NCBI GenBank assembly: GCA_034190605.1
Contig: JAXINT010000063.1
Coordinates: 1-40,867, forward strand
From: Candidatus Asbonarchaeaceae archaeon
Lineage (GTDB): Archaea > Nanohalarchaeota > Nanosalinia > Nanosalinales > Nanoanaerosalinaceae
Length of the DNA: 40,867 bases
Direction: 5' to 3'
How positions within the stretch are numbered: position 1 is the first letter of the stretch; every line of letters begins with the position of its first letter. The position numbers were made by a program, and so were the translations under genes. This document shows, one piece after another, positions 8,618-17,800 of the stretch. The notes under the pieces were generated by a model. The model worked only from the letters and a program-made list of their open reading frames with translations, searched no databases and was not told the origin of the DNA.

Positions 8618-9118
8618 TTATCCGAAGTTGATCTGGGCTCTGAATGAGACTTCGATCTCTCTTCTGATGATTCGCTGTCCGTCTTCTGTGACGCCAGTAG
8701 CCCTTGTGTTTCTGTCTATGCTGGGTTTTCCGAACTTGTTCTCTCCGAGGGTCTGCCTCGCACCTTCTGATGCTGGACTGCTGAAAAGACTGGTGACTGA
8801 GTCGCTGAGGGTGTCGAACCACTGCTTGTATTTAGGGCCGTTGTCCAGTGTCTCGATATGGATTTCAGCGGATACGTCGACCCATGCGTTGTAGCCGTTC
8901 AAGGTTTCTTCCTCGGCATCTCGTGTGAAGTTGTAGTCTTCGAGAACGATAAGCGGGTAGTCTTCCGCTCCCAGGTCTGCGGTTAAGGGCTGAGACTGGT
9001 AGATGAGCTGGCGTTTCTCTACGTTGGAAGGGTCAGAAATAGTTTCGAGTGCAGCGGTTACGGTCTGCTGCACTGCTTCGTGCATTTTCCCTTTCTGTAG
9101 CTGTGTGTAGCTTGCCAT
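8618..9118 (-). CDS. Head-tail adaptor / head-closure protein (166 aa)
   Basis: Complete ORF in the connector block between the gp6-like and gp10-like genes. The call rests on position. Confidence 0.5.
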   Translation of the reverse strand: MASYTQLQKGKMHEAVQQTVTAALETISDPSNVEKRQLIYQSQPLTADLGAEDYPLIVLEDYNFTRDAEEETLNGYNAWVDVSAEIHIETLDNGPKYKQWFDTLSDSVTSLFSSPASEGARQTLGENKFGKPSIDRNTRATGVTEDGQRIIRREIEVSFRAQINFG

Positions 9119-9179
9119 TTCGTGTTCGACCTCGCAAGGTCATCTCTCTGCCGCCCACTCCCGCAGGACTGGGCTGTGG

Positions 9180-10019
9180 TCAGACCGTCGAGTATTTTTC
9201 GACGGAGTACCTATCAAAGATGTCCTCAAGGTCGTTTAAAAAGCCGCCCTTTATGTTCGGGTTGAAGTCGTCTCTGCCTTCAATTCCTTCCTCTATCACG
9301 TTGTTCTGGAAGAACTTCTTGATGACGAGTCCTATGCAGAGCTCCTTGATTTCGTCAGGGATGTTGGTGAAGCCGTAGTCATACGTGACTTCGATGTTCT
9401 CAGGTTCTTTCTCGGCTGCTACAGAAGAAGAAGTGAACCTGAAACCGATGTTGTCTTCCTGTATGAAGTCGGCGGCACGTCCTTCTGTCAAGGTCTCGAA
9501 GTCGTCTGCGTCTCCTAGATCGGCACGGTTGACTTTCAAAGATTGTATGTTGTCGACAGGCCGTTTCTCAAGCGGGTAGAAGGCGGTTCCAGTGCCTTTG
9601 CCGTCCAGAACTTCTGTGTAACCTGTTTCAAGTCCGTCGAAAGTTGTTTCTGTCCTGTTGTCGATCCTGCTTGAAGCCTGCCGGATGAAGTCGACGACCC
9701 TTCTGTTCGGTATCTTGACTGGAGGAACCTTGTAACGTACCGTAGGGTCGATAGTGGTTCCGCCGTTCCAGGTGATGACTCCGTCTCTCAGGTCGACCGA
9801 ATAGTCAGAAGTGGACTGGATGTTGCCGTTCGAGTCGAGGACGATGACATCTTGGTCGCTTGAGAAGCTGTTGTCTGCCGCTGGAAATGCTTTTCCGATT
9901 AAATTTTTTTCAGCGAGGTCGATGTCCTCTCCATCGCTGATGCCTGTGAAGTCCTCGGATTTGTCCTGTGCGGCTCCGAGTGCTTCCCAGACTTCCAGCG
10001 GTGTGCAGTATTTTGCCAT
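9180..10019 (-). CDS. Head-tail connector-like protein (279 aa)
   Basis: The N-terminus 'MAKYCTPLEVWEALG' resembles the start of gp6-like head-tail connector proteins. Lies downstream of the capsid genes. Confidence 0.45.
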   Translation of the reverse strand: MAKYCTPLEVWEALGAAQDKSEDFTGISDGEDIDLAEKNLIGKAFPAADNSFSSDQDVIVLDSNGNIQSTSDYSVDLRDGVITWNGGTTIDPTVRYKVPPVKIPNRRVVDFIRQASSRIDNRTETTFDGLETGYTEVLDGKGTGTAFYPLEKRPVDNIQSLKVNRADLGDADDFETLTEGRAADFIQEDNIGFRFTSSSVAAEKEPENIEVTYDYGFTNIPDEIKELCIGLVIKKFFQNNVIEEGIEGRDDFNPNIKGGFLNDLEDIFDRYSVEKYSTV

Positions 10020-10657
10020 TATCTATCACGAGGGTCTTTTGAGTGTTGGTCGATCCTGTCGCGGTACTCCATGCGTTTGTCAAGCCTGTCGTCCGGCCTG
10101 GCGTACGGGTGGTGGCCGAATACTATTTGTTCTGTGGAGACGCGCTTCAATTGAGCTATGGATTTGCTTCCTTTAAAAAGTGCGTCTTTCTCCTTGTAGT
10201 ACCAGTCGTGCTCCGGTTTGAAGATAACCGATCTCTGTCTCTCGGTGTCGACCGTGTCAGGGTCTTTGTAGTTCTTCATCTTGGCGATGATAACGTCTTC
10301 ATCACGGTCTAACTGGCTGGTGTCGAACTTTTCGATTTCTTCGTCGCCGTCTATACGGAGCGCCCACCAGCCCTGCGGCACGGCTGAGAGAAGAGCGTTC
10401 CTTTTATGTGCTTCTCCTTTCCACGGAGAGTCCATATCGCATCTCAGGAATATGTCTGCTTCTCTCTTCGCCAGCTCGTAGGTACCGTCGGTGCTCTGCG
10501 CCCAGTCGTGCGGAAACTTTTCGTAGGCGCCGTCAGCAATTATTATTAGCTCTGGTTCTACCTTCTCCTTCAGGGATTCAAGCGTCCGTTCTAGGAACTG
10601 TGCGTCGTTGTAGACGTTTATGATGGCGGCGATTTTACAGTCGTTCGAGGAGGTCAT
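10019..10657 (-). CDS. GT-A fold (family-2-like) glycosyltransferase (212 aa)
   Basis: 'IAAIINVYNDAQFLERTLESL' matches the N-terminal GT2 strand-helix. 'KGEAHKRNALLSAVPQGWWALRIDGDEEI' matches the GT2 segment ending in a DxD-type motif (DGD). Confidence 0.6.
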   Translation of the reverse strand: MTSSNDCKIAAIINVYNDAQFLERTLESLKEKVEPELIIIADGAYEKFPHDWAQSTDGTYELAKREADIFLRCDMDSPWKGEAHKRNALLSAVPQGWWALRIDGDEEIEKFDTSQLDRDEDVIIAKMKNYKDPDTVDTERQRSVIFKPEHDWYYKEKDALFKGSKSIAQLKRVSTEQIVFGHHPYARPDDRLDKRMEYRDRIDQHSKDPRDR

Positions 10658-11036
10658 CTCTCAAATCCTCCTTTGACTGGCTGCCGTCGACGTCGTCGAA
10701 CTGCTGGGCGCACTCCTGTAGCTGCCGATAGTCGTCTTCGTCCTCGACGTCTTCTGCTGTGAGCTCTGTAGAAACCTGTTCCTCAGTTTCTTCCTCCGTC
10801 GAAGTTCCCGTGTCGGTGCTTTCTCTGACACCGATTTTTTCGTCTGCTTCACGCTCAAGGACTTCGTAAGGGTTGCTTGCTCCTTCAGCTTCCACGTCGA
10901 AGAAGTTGATTATCTTGTTTGCGAGGTCGAGAGGCACTTGGATGATGTCGCCTTCCTCGAACTCGTACTGTGTGTTTCTGATCTGGGTTTCCCAGTCTTC
11001 GAGTAGCCGGACGTCTTTGAAATGCTCTGTTGGCAT
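10635..11036 (-). CDS. Hypothetical very acidic protein (133 aa)
   Basis: Complete ORF with its own TATA box 22 nt upstream. Lies between the MCP and the glycosyltransferase. Confidence 0.55.
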   Translation of the reverse strand: MPTEHFKDVRLLEDWETQIRNTQYEFEEGDIIQVPLDLANKIINFFDVEAEGASNPYEVLEREADEKIGVRESTDTGTSTEEETEEQVSTELTAEDVEDEDDYRQLQECAQQFDDVDGSQSKEDLRDDLLERL

Positions 11037-11057
11037 GTGGACAGATGCGTCTTAATG

Positions 11058-11067
11058 CCTTATAAAC
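11058..11067 (-). promoter_or_regulatory. TATA box for leaderless 10635..11036
   Basis: Coding-strand GTTTATAAGG ends 22 nt upstream of the ATG at 11036. Confidence 0.5.
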
Positions 11068-11126
11068 TTGTTGGAATAGAAGAGAAAGAAAGGAAGAAAC
11101 GTGGCGAGAAGCCACAGACAGCAGTT

Positions 11127-11996
11127 TTAGTTCACTACGTGTCCGATGGCCTTCTCGTTGATTACACCGTGACCGAAACGCATGGTTCCGACGATCTGCC
11201 ATCTGTCGTAGTCCGGCTCTCGCTCGGTTTCGACAGTTGGTGATCTCTTGATGACGGTGTCGAAGGCGTGATCTGAGTCAAGCATGACAGCGACGACATC
11301 TCCAGACGTTGAGCTTGCTCCGTTAGCAGCTCTTGTCATGTAGACGGTCATTCCCAAGACTGATCCGAACTCTCCTGTGTCAGCGCCTTTCTCATCGCTG
11401 TAGTCGTTGTCGATGACCTTGTTATCGTTCAGGAGGTCGGCTTCAAAGTCTGGGTGCACAATCACTGCGTCCGGATCGTAGCCGTCTGAGTGCAGCTTCG
11501 CTCTGAGCTGGTTCAGGTCTGTGTACTGAACCTTTCCGTCAGTGGCGTTGTCCTGCGTGTTCACGTTGGTTAGTGCAGTGTTTGCTACGGTGTTGTAGGC
11601 TTCTTGGTCTTCCTTGTCAGCCAGGGCTACGCCCAGCTCAGTCTGGATTTCCTCAGCCTGCGTACCCATTCCGTCTTCCTCACCTTCCGTGGTGAGTGTG
11701 GTACGCTTACCGTACTTGGACACTGTGATGTCCGTTGTGGAGTGGCTGATGTCTTCACTGGTGATCTGAGTGTTCTCGGACTGGCTTGCTGCATCCAGAC
11801 TTCCTCTGGATCGGGCCTTGTAGGTGTCGGTCGGTGCGTCAGCGATGTTCACGACTTGGCGTGAAAGCTGCCGCATGACACGGTTCCTTCTGGCCTCTGT
11901 ATCGACCATGTCCGAAAGAACAGGGTCATCCCAGGCGTTGACATTTGCCTTGTCGACTGCCTTAGCTTCGTATGCCTGACTCTTTGCTTCAGACAT
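11127..11996 (-). CDS. Major capsid protein, HK97-fold by position and size (289 aa)
   Basis: Lies immediately after the protease/scaffold gene (ATGTCTGA overlap). GAGGTGAT SD sits 7 nt upstream. Size and gene order are typical for an MCP. Confidence 0.7.
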   Translation of the reverse strand: MSEAKSQAYEAKAVDKANVNAWDDPVLSDMVDTEARRNRVMRQLSRQVVNIADAPTDTYKARSRGSLDAASQSENTQITSEDISHSTTDITVSKYGKRTTLTTEGEEDGMGTQAEEIQTELGVALADKEDQEAYNTVANTALTNVNTQDNATDGKVQYTDLNQLRAKLHSDGYDPDAVIVHPDFEADLLNDNKVIDNDYSDEKGADTGEFGSVLGMTVYMTRAANGASSTSGDVVAVMLDSDHAFDTVIKRSPTVETEREPDYDRWQIVGTMRFGHGVINEKAIGHVVN

Positions 11997-13500
11997 GTTG
12001 CATCACCTCTTCTTCGTCTACTCCGTACTTGTCAGCGAGAACGGATTTGTTCTCCTCTGCGTACTCCCTTGGATCGGAAGCAGCGTTTATCTCGCGTTCA
12101 AGCCTGGATGTTTCAGATTTTGTCTCTTCCATGCGCTGTTCGTCTTCGTCAGAAACAGGTTCATCCGAAGGCGAAGCAGATTTGACTTCTTCCTTGAGGT
12201 CGTCGAGCTCGCTTCTAACGTCTTCAATCTCTTCAAAGTCTTCTTCGACTTCGTCGAGCTTGTTGCGGAGCTCCTCGTTTTCTTCTTCTAGCTCAGATTT
12301 CGCTTCTCTGAGCTTTTCGTTCTCTGACTTAACCTCTTCGACGGCCGACCTTAATTCCTCTACGTCGTCGGCCACGGACTTTACTTCTTCCTGTGTCTCG
12401 TCCGCTGACTCATCTGCTTCGGCGGCCTCGGATTTGGCCTCTTCCTGTTGTGAGTCTTGTTCTGTCACGGCATTATCACCGTTAATATTATTTCGTGCCT
12501 CGTCATCTCCTTCTTCGTCGAAGGAGATAGGCGGATTCTCAAATTCGTCGTTTAATGCTTTCAGTTTACGCTTCAGTTCGTCTTCGTCTACTCCGCCTCT
12601 GGCACCTAGCTGGTGTGCGGCTTCTACGTTGCCGCTTCTCAAGTTGTGGTTCGCATCCACTACAGGGTAGCTGGACTCTGTTTTAGTGTCTGCTGGGAAC
12701 AGGTAGTGGTGCTCAAATATTTCGTTGGAAATCTCTGATTCGTCGAGCTCTCCGTCCATGGTGTCTGTGAAGGCTACACCTGCTTCACGTTTAACTCCTG
12801 AGTCCGGAAGCTCGTTTCTGATCTGTTCGTCCGCTAGCTGGCTTCTGATCTCTGCTGCGGTCATCAGGGTGTTAGGGTTCTTCGGCTGCGCGGTCAGCCC
12901 TGCACCTGTGACGTCCAGGTCTTTAATCTTTCGGACGACTTTGTCTCCGGCTCTGACCAGTTTGTCTTTCGCGTTCTTGAACTCTATAGAGAAAGCTGAA
13001 AGTATGCCTTCCTTGATGTTTGATTTGACGGCTTCTACGGTGTCATCAGGCAGTGCATGCTCTCTGATCTCCGCCTTGACTTTGACGCCTCTGCCGTCGT
13101 ACTCTGCGTCCTTGAGCTCTACTGCTGGCACTGTCCGTGTGTCGATCAGTTTGGGGAAGAGCTCTTTGAAGGCTGGCGAGTTCTGGTGCTCTATGTTGCC
13201 TGTAATGGTTTCTGCGTCTTGCGGCTCTGGGAATTTGACGTCCATCATGTTTTCCTGTGCTTCGTTGATTTGCTGTGCGGCGCTTCTGAGAGCTTCTTCT
13301 GTGAGCTGCTCTTCATCCCATTTCTTGCCTGCCATCTTGTAGCTGTCTTTTGTGGCTATGTAGCCTTCGACGTAGCTGTTGGCGTCTTCTGCGGCTGCTG
13401 ACTTTACCTCGAACCCGTTTTCGGGGCCGATGGTGTGGCAGATAGTGCCGTCGCTTGAGTCGAATGCTGCAACTGAACGCAATTCTTCTTCCGCAGGCAT
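11989..13500 (-). CDS. Prohead protease fused to an acidic coiled-coil scaffold (503 aa)
   Basis: I prefer the ATG at 13500 (MPAEEELRS..), with a TATA box 22 nt upstream; the track start at 13581 is TTG. 'GILSAFSIEFKNA...KIKDLDVTGAGLTAQPKNPNT' resembles HK97-family prohead protease motifs. The C-terminal ~150 aa are Glu/Lys heptad-like ('EELRSAVEEVKSENEKLREAKSELEEENEELRNKLDEVEED'). Confidence 0.7.
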   Translation of the reverse strand: MPAEEELRSVAAFDSSDGTICHTIGPENGFEVKSAAAEDANSYVEGYIATKDSYKMAGKKWDEEQLTEEALRSAAQQINEAQENMMDVKFPEPQDAETITGNIEHQNSPAFKELFPKLIDTRTVPAVELKDAEYDGRGVKVKAEIREHALPDDTVEAVKSNIKEGILSAFSIEFKNAKDKLVRAGDKVVRKIKDLDVTGAGLTAQPKNPNTLMTAAEIRSQLADEQIRNELPDSGVKREAGVAFTDTMDGELDESEISNEIFEHHYLFPADTKTESSYPVVDANHNLRSGNVEAAHQLGARGGVDEDELKRKLKALNDEFENPPISFDEEGDDEARNNINGDNAVTEQDSQQEEAKSEAAEADESADETQEEVKSVADDVEELRSAVEEVKSENEKLREAKSELEEENEELRNKLDEVEEDFEEIEDVRSELDDLKEEVKSASPSDEPVSDEDEQRMEETKSETSRLEREINAASDPREYAEENKSVLADKYGVDEEEVMQHV

Positions 13501-13521
13501 AGGTAAACGTAAAACTAGGTT

Positions 13522-13530
13522 GTTTAAAAA
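13522..13530 (-). promoter_or_regulatory. TATA box for the protease/scaffold-MCP transcript
   Basis: Coding-strand TTTTTAAAC ends 22 nt upstream of the ATG at 13500. Confidence 0.5.
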
Positions 13531-13562
13531 GGATCGGGCTGTCTGAGGTGCATCCGGCAACC

Positions 13563-14090
13563 CTAAAAACGGTTCCGCCAACCTTCAGTTCCGAGAACAG
13601 CGTCCTTGTAGTTCGCAGCGAGCTCCCGTGCAGCACGCTTTGACAAGTCCTCAGAATCCTCTAGGTCGGAAACCGCTTCAGAAAAACTGCCGCCGACCGA
13701 CTCCCAGAAATCAAGTAAATCCCTTCTACTCCAGTCTTCAGGCTTATTACCTGCGTTCTCGTTGCTGACTGCTGCCAGGGCGCTGCCTGTCGTGTTACCG
13801 CCTTTCTTCAAGGTGGTGTTTTTGAGGTCGGCTCCGCGGTAGACGGCGCTTCTACCTCCGAAACCTACGACATAAACAGTTTCACCGTCCGAGACCTCGA
13901 TCTTTTTGTCGTCGCCTTCCTGCGGAAAAGTAAACGAAGAGCCTTTCTGAGCGATAATCACTCCTGTTCCGGAAGGTGTGGCAACCACGTCTCCGCTGTC
14001 GAAGTCGCTGGTGCGAGCTCTCAACTCCTCGATGGATTCTATTATAGCCGAGCGAAGCTCCAGTTTAGCTTGTTTCACCATTTTCACCAT
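13563..14090 (-). CDS. Hypothetical head-morphogenesis-position protein (~175 aa)
   Basis: ORF between portal and protease. The start is uncertain (ATGs at 14090 or 14081, overlapping the portal end). The upstream part of the track ORF lies inside the portal gene. Confidence 0.55.
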   Translation of the reverse strand: MVKMVKQAKLELRSAIIESIEELRARTSDFDSGDVVATPSGTGVIIAQKGSSFTFPQEGDDKKIEVSDGETVYVVGFGGRSAVYRGADLKNTTLKKGGNTTGSALAAVSNENAGNKPEDWSRRDLLDFWESVGGSFSEAVSDLEDSEDLSKRAARELAANYKDAVLGTEGWRNRF

Positions 14091-15588
14091 TCGCCATAGC
14101 CTGTGCATCCGCCGCTTCTGCATCAGCAGCGGTGTCGCGGTTTATGGTTTCGTCGTCGATCAAGTTGTTCTTGCTGGAAGACAGGTCTGCCGCGATCTGC
14201 ATGTACTCTTCTTCGCTGACATCTCCCAAGTCTGGGCCTTCGTAGTCGTTGACTCCCATGTAGTCCTTGACAGCTTCTCTATCCCAGATTCCGAGCGCCA
14301 CCATGTTTCTGGCGACTTCGAGTTTACGCATGTCTCTGTCGGCTTTCCTGATCTCTCTTTTGATGTTCGGTGCCTCGAACTTGATCCGGCAGTTGAACTC
14401 CGGCTCGAACAGTTCGTCGTTGAGAAGGCTTTGCAGCTTGTCTTGAAGCCGTGAAATCCTTTTGAAGTATCCCTCGTGGGTCAGCGAGGATGTACGGGCT
14501 CCTGAATCGCCGCCTATCGGCATACCGATTCTTGTCGGTGGCACGCCCCACGCCATTACTATTACTTTTGTTATGTAGGTGGCGAGCTCTTGGAAGTCCA
14601 TGTCGCTCATGTCGTTTAGGTCTTCTATCTCCATTTCGCCGGTCAGGACGAGGTCTTGGTGCTTGTTCTTCAATTTGCGGAACTTTTTCAGCGTCTTCTT
14701 GACCAGTTTGTAGTTGGCGTCTTCCGGCCCTGCGTTCGGCATCTTCACGACCTTGTTGACGATACCTGCGTTCTCGAAGAATTGGCCGTTGTGATCCTTT
14801 GCCTCGGCCAGCATCGTCAACTCGGAGATAATAGACCTTGCAGGTGTGAATCCGTAAGTCTTCCCGTTCAGCCTCATGTAGTTCATGTGGATTACTTTGT
14901 CAGGCGGCAGATCGGCTTCCGCGGTTCCGACTTCCTGGTGGAAGTTGGTTATGTCGCCGTACTTGTTGATGTCGTGCTCTACAGTGGATGCAGGCACCAT
15001 CTGAAGTTTCCGTGTGGAGAAAAGGTCTTCGTCTCTTGCCCGTAGCTCTTCGACGACTTTGGAGGCCGCCAAGTCGGCGCTGGATCGAAAGTTGAAGTCA
15101 TGGTTTTCCCTGATCTTGTCTTTCAGGATTGACCTGGCTTCTGTTTCTCCTATCTTTCTTTTGTAGAGGTAGCCGTCTCCGACGATGAGAAGGTCGAGAA
15201 GGAAGTCGGCGACGCTTTCCTTGGCGCCGCTGTTCCAGAACTCTTTGCAGTCTCGGATACGTCTTTCGCCTGATGAATTGCCGAGGTACTTGAAGTTCGG
15301 GTCGTCGCCGCCTATGACGTCGTCGACTATCGCCTGCATAATGCTGAGTGCTTCAGGCGATTTTTTTATCAGGTTGAAAAGCATCTCTGTGTTGTAGCCG
15401 TCTGTTCCGCCTCTGGGTTCTTCCAGTCCTTCGACGTTTGCTGCGATACCTGTTTCATTGGCTAGAGGTTCGTTCTCTGTCTCTATTGCTTTGGCTTCCT
15501 CCGTGGAGCTTTTAGCTTCGGCAGAACTACCAGTTTCACCTGAAATTACAAGTCCGGCGGAGGAATCCCAGTTGGCGTCGTCAGGCAT
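14065..15588 (-). CDS. Portal protein (507 aa)
   Basis: Roughly 500-aa ORF directly after terL and before the protease. It has its own TATA box 24 nt upstream and an acidic C-terminal tail. Confidence 0.75.
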   Translation of the reverse strand: MPDDANWDSSAGLVISGETGSSAEAKSSTEEAKAIETENEPLANETGIAANVEGLEEPRGGTDGYNTEMLFNLIKKSPEALSIMQAIVDDVIGGDDPNFKYLGNSSGERRIRDCKEFWNSGAKESVADFLLDLLIVGDGYLYKRKIGETEARSILKDKIRENHDFNFRSSADLAASKVVEELRARDEDLFSTRKLQMVPASTVEHDINKYGDITNFHQEVGTAEADLPPDKVIHMNYMRLNGKTYGFTPARSIISELTMLAEAKDHNGQFFENAGIVNKVVKMPNAGPEDANYKLVKKTLKKFRKLKNKHQDLVLTGEMEIEDLNDMSDMDFQELATYITKVIVMAWGVPPTRIGMPIGGDSGARTSSLTHEGYFKRISRLQDKLQSLLNDELFEPEFNCRIKFEAPNIKREIRKADRDMRKLEVARNMVALGIWDREAVKDYMGVNDYEGPDLGDVSEEEYMQIAADLSSSKNNLIDDETINRDTAADAEAADAQAMANGENGETS

Positions 15589-15611
15589 ACTGGAAATTGA
15601 GGTCTGCTTCG

Positions 15612-15620
15612 TTTTTAAAG
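15612..15620 (-). promoter_or_regulatory. TATA box for the portal transcript
   Basis: Coding-strand CTTTAAAAA ends 24 nt upstream of the ATG at 15588. Confidence 0.5.
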
Positions 15621-15660
15621 TTGTTCAGAAACGGCGAAAATTAGCATATTTTAGAAAAAT

Positions 15661-17259
15661 CTAGGCTATTTCGACAATCCCTGTCTCTTTTTCGAGGTCT
15701 GAAAACTCTTCCTCGTCTTCGTTTAGATCGATTTCCTCGGCTTCTTCACTGATAAGTGACAAAGTACCCTGTACTCCTTCAGTGTCCTCGTAGGCGTGCC
15801 AGGCTATCGCCAAACTCATAACGATGTCGTCCTTATCCTTGCCTTCCAGCTTGCCGCTCTTCGACCTGTGGAAGTTCCTCATCTCCTCCATCAAGTCTTC
15901 GTCGTCGTGAAGCACAAGGTCGCCTCTGTCCAGCGCGGCCTGAAGCTGCGAAAGGATCGTCGGCCGTGTCTTCCTAGTAGTGTCGAACGCTTCTATACGG
16001 CCTGAAGTCTGTATCTGCTTGTCGATGGTCTTCCAGGTTCCGGTTCCTATAGCGTTTTTCTCGATGTAGCCGTAGTTGAAACGGTACTTCCTGTCGAGAG
16101 ACATGACTTTCTTCGCTATCTCGGCCGGGCCCATACCCTGCTTCCTGATCTTGTTCGAGTACCACGCCCTTTTATCAGGGTCGATACCGAGAACCGTGAA
16201 AACTGTGTAGTCAGCTTCTTTCTTGTCGCTCATAGCGATGTCGACGCCGAGATACCAGTTCCAATCGCTGTATTCTTCCTTGTTAGGGTTTGCTAGGTAG
16301 TGTGATTCGCCGATATTGGTGTCGAGGTTCGGCTGCACCATTTCTTCCTTGAAGAACCGTTCGTCGACGCTCATCGGGTTGCACATGTACTCGCGTGCGA
16401 ACCTGCTGCTTCCGATCTCGGCTTTTTTCGCCATCAAGCCGTCGTAATCCCATTTGAACGGCCACAGCGGTTCCTCTGTCTCAGGGTCGTAGGCCTGGAA
16501 ACGCCGCGTATAATAGTTGTCTTTCTCCATCAACTCCATCATCAGGTCGTCGTGTTTCTGCGGAGTTCCGACGATCTGAAGTGTTCCGCGGCTGTTCTCC
16601 GCAATCGGAGATATTACGTTGTAGAAAAGGTCTTTCTCCTGTTCTGTTGACTTGCTCCCGGCGGAGTCGTCGGTGAGGAGGTCGTCGCAGAAAACGTAGT
16701 CAACGTGCTTCGACCTGATGCTTGGCGAGAACGTCTTCGTCTTCACTCTGACATCGGTTGTTGTGTGGATGCTTTCGCGGGCCCAGACGGTCTCCGTGGA
16801 GTCGATGTCAAGCATTTCCTCGTTTTCGCTGACGTAGTCACTGTCCGGTTCTAAATGCTTCAGGACGTCGTTCCTGATGATGATACGCTTGATGTTCTCC
16901 AGAATATCAGTAGACTGGCCCTGAGAGGCGGCCACGATCAGTATTTCTTTGCTGGTCTCCTTGAAGCATCGCCAGAGCGTCTGCCCGACCGTAAGAGTGA
17001 ACGTCTTTGAGTGGCCTCTCGGCGCCATAAACGCGATTTTTGTAGCATTATTTTCCGGTTGCTCCGGCGGGTTCTGTATCACGTCGATAGCTTCCTGGAT
17101 CAACGGGCTGTCGACGTTGTAACCTAGAATGTGTTCTAGGAAGAACTCGTAGTTCTTCACCGCTAAGGCTTTGATGGTTTCTTTGTCGTCGATTCCGCAG
17201 CTTTCCTTGATCTCCTCCCATGTTCGTTCTTCGTCGAACTGCTGCGAGTCGGAGCCCAT
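15661..17259 (-). CDS. terL: Terminase large subunit (532 aa)
   Basis: Walker-A-like 'FMAPRGHSKT', Walker-B-like 'VDYVFCDDLLTDD', and a C-terminal RNaseH-like nuclease segment ('YLGVDIAMS..ADYTVF'). Lies upstream of the portal. Confidence 0.85.
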   Translation of the reverse strand: MGSDSQQFDEERTWEEIKESCGIDDKETIKALAVKNYEFFLEHILGYNVDSPLIQEAIDVIQNPPEQPENNATKIAFMAPRGHSKTFTLTVGQTLWRCFKETSKEILIVAASQGQSTDILENIKRIIIRNDVLKHLEPDSDYVSENEEMLDIDSTETVWARESIHTTTDVRVKTKTFSPSIRSKHVDYVFCDDLLTDDSAGSKSTEQEKDLFYNVISPIAENSRGTLQIVGTPQKHDDLMMELMEKDNYYTRRFQAYDPETEEPLWPFKWDYDGLMAKKAEIGSSRFAREYMCNPMSVDERFFKEEMVQPNLDTNIGESHYLANPNKEEYSDWNWYLGVDIAMSDKKEADYTVFTVLGIDPDKRAWYSNKIRKQGMGPAEIAKKVMSLDRKYRFNYGYIEKNAIGTGTWKTIDKQIQTSGRIEAFDTTRKTRPTILSQLQAALDRGDLVLHDDEDLMEEMRNFHRSKSGKLEGKDKDDIVMSLAIAWHAYEDTEGVQGTLSLISEEAEEIDLNEDEEEFSDLEKETGIVEIA

Positions 17260-17280
17260 AGTACAGTGTCAGGGCTGCTC

Positions 17281-17288
17281 TTTTAAAG
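17281..17288 (-). promoter_or_regulatory. TATA box for leaderless terL
   Basis: Coding-strand CTTTAAAA ends 22 nt upstream of the ATG at 17259. Confidence 0.5.
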
Positions 17289-17313
17289 AAGCTGAGGTAG
17301 GTCAACGTCTTTG

Positions 17314-17330
17314 ACATAAAAAAACCCTTT
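17314..17330 (-). terminator. Oligo-T terminator after the membrane ORF
   Basis: Minus strand reads AAAGGGTTTTTTTATG, with the T7 tract (17318-17324) starting 6 nt after the stop at 17331-17333. This is the archaeal oligo-T terminator type. Confidence 0.5.
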
Positions 17331-17690
17331 TCAAAGGAGAGGCGTTATGAAGCCGTAGAGGTGCTGTGCGGCGTATAGAGCTGTGATTCCGAACCAGAAG
17401 TATATTGCTTCTCTGGTTACGTCTTTTGGAGGTTCGACCTCGAACGGTATGACTTTAGTGATTCCCTTCCTAGCGGTCTTGCTGTTCCCTGCGAGTAGCA
17501 ACACCGCTATTGCTAGAGCCAATTTTTGTAGCGGCACCCCGACACCAGGAACAGTCAAACCGTGAACCGCTCCAAGATAAGTCGGCATGAACCCATAACC
17601 GATGCTGTGGGCCTCTCGCGGCCTAGAAATAAACTGTCTGACCACGTTTTTCTGTTTCTCGGCTCTGCTATCGCCGTTTTCCGAGCTCAT
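17331..17690 (-). CDS. Small membrane protein (~119 aa, about 3 TM segments)
   Basis: I prefer the ATG at 17690, with a TATA box 23 nt upstream; the track start at 17699 is TTG. Hydrophobic segments include 'LALAIAVLLLAG' and 'AIYFWFGITALYAAQHLYGFI'. Confidence 0.6.
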   Translation of the reverse strand: MSSENGDSRAEKQKNVVRQFISRPREAHSIGYGFMPTYLGAVHGLTVPGVGVPLQKLALAIAVLLLAGNSKTARKGITKVIPFEVEPPKDVTREAIYFWFGITALYAAQHLYGFITPLL

Positions 17691-17712
17691 CAAATTCAAA
17701 TTTTCGACGCCT

Positions 17713-17722
17713 GTTTTTAAAG
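17713..17722 (-). promoter_or_regulatory. TATA box for 17331..17690
   Basis: Coding-strand CTTTAAAAAC ends 23 nt upstream of the ATG at 17690. Confidence 0.5.
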
Positions 17723-17800
17723 TAACGGATTATTCGGCGCCACAGCGAAGATTTGCGGGAGTCGTAGTCAAGCATAGAATTTGTGTGAAGAAGAGTCAAG

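Noticed and set aside
8616-8822. N-terminal 69 aa of track ORF 8157..8822
   Set aside because: This stretch overlaps the end of 8618..9118 in another frame and is Arg/Gln/His-rich. The ATG at 8615, directly after the upstream stop, gives a compact gp10-like protein.
11972-13342. Long plus-strand ORFs (11972..12670, 232 aa Ser-rich; 11995..12291; 12725..13342, 205 aa)
   Set aside because: They are antisense to the protease/scaffold gene. Their extreme Ser/Leu/Phe composition is the mirror image of the GAA/GAG/GAC-rich coding strand, and they have no promoter or SD.
13501-13636. Upstream extension of the protease ORF (TTG start at 13581) and ORF 13313..13636
   Set aside because: A TATA box sits 22 nt upstream of the ATG at 13500. 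The extension would run through that promoter and overlap the end of 13563..14090.
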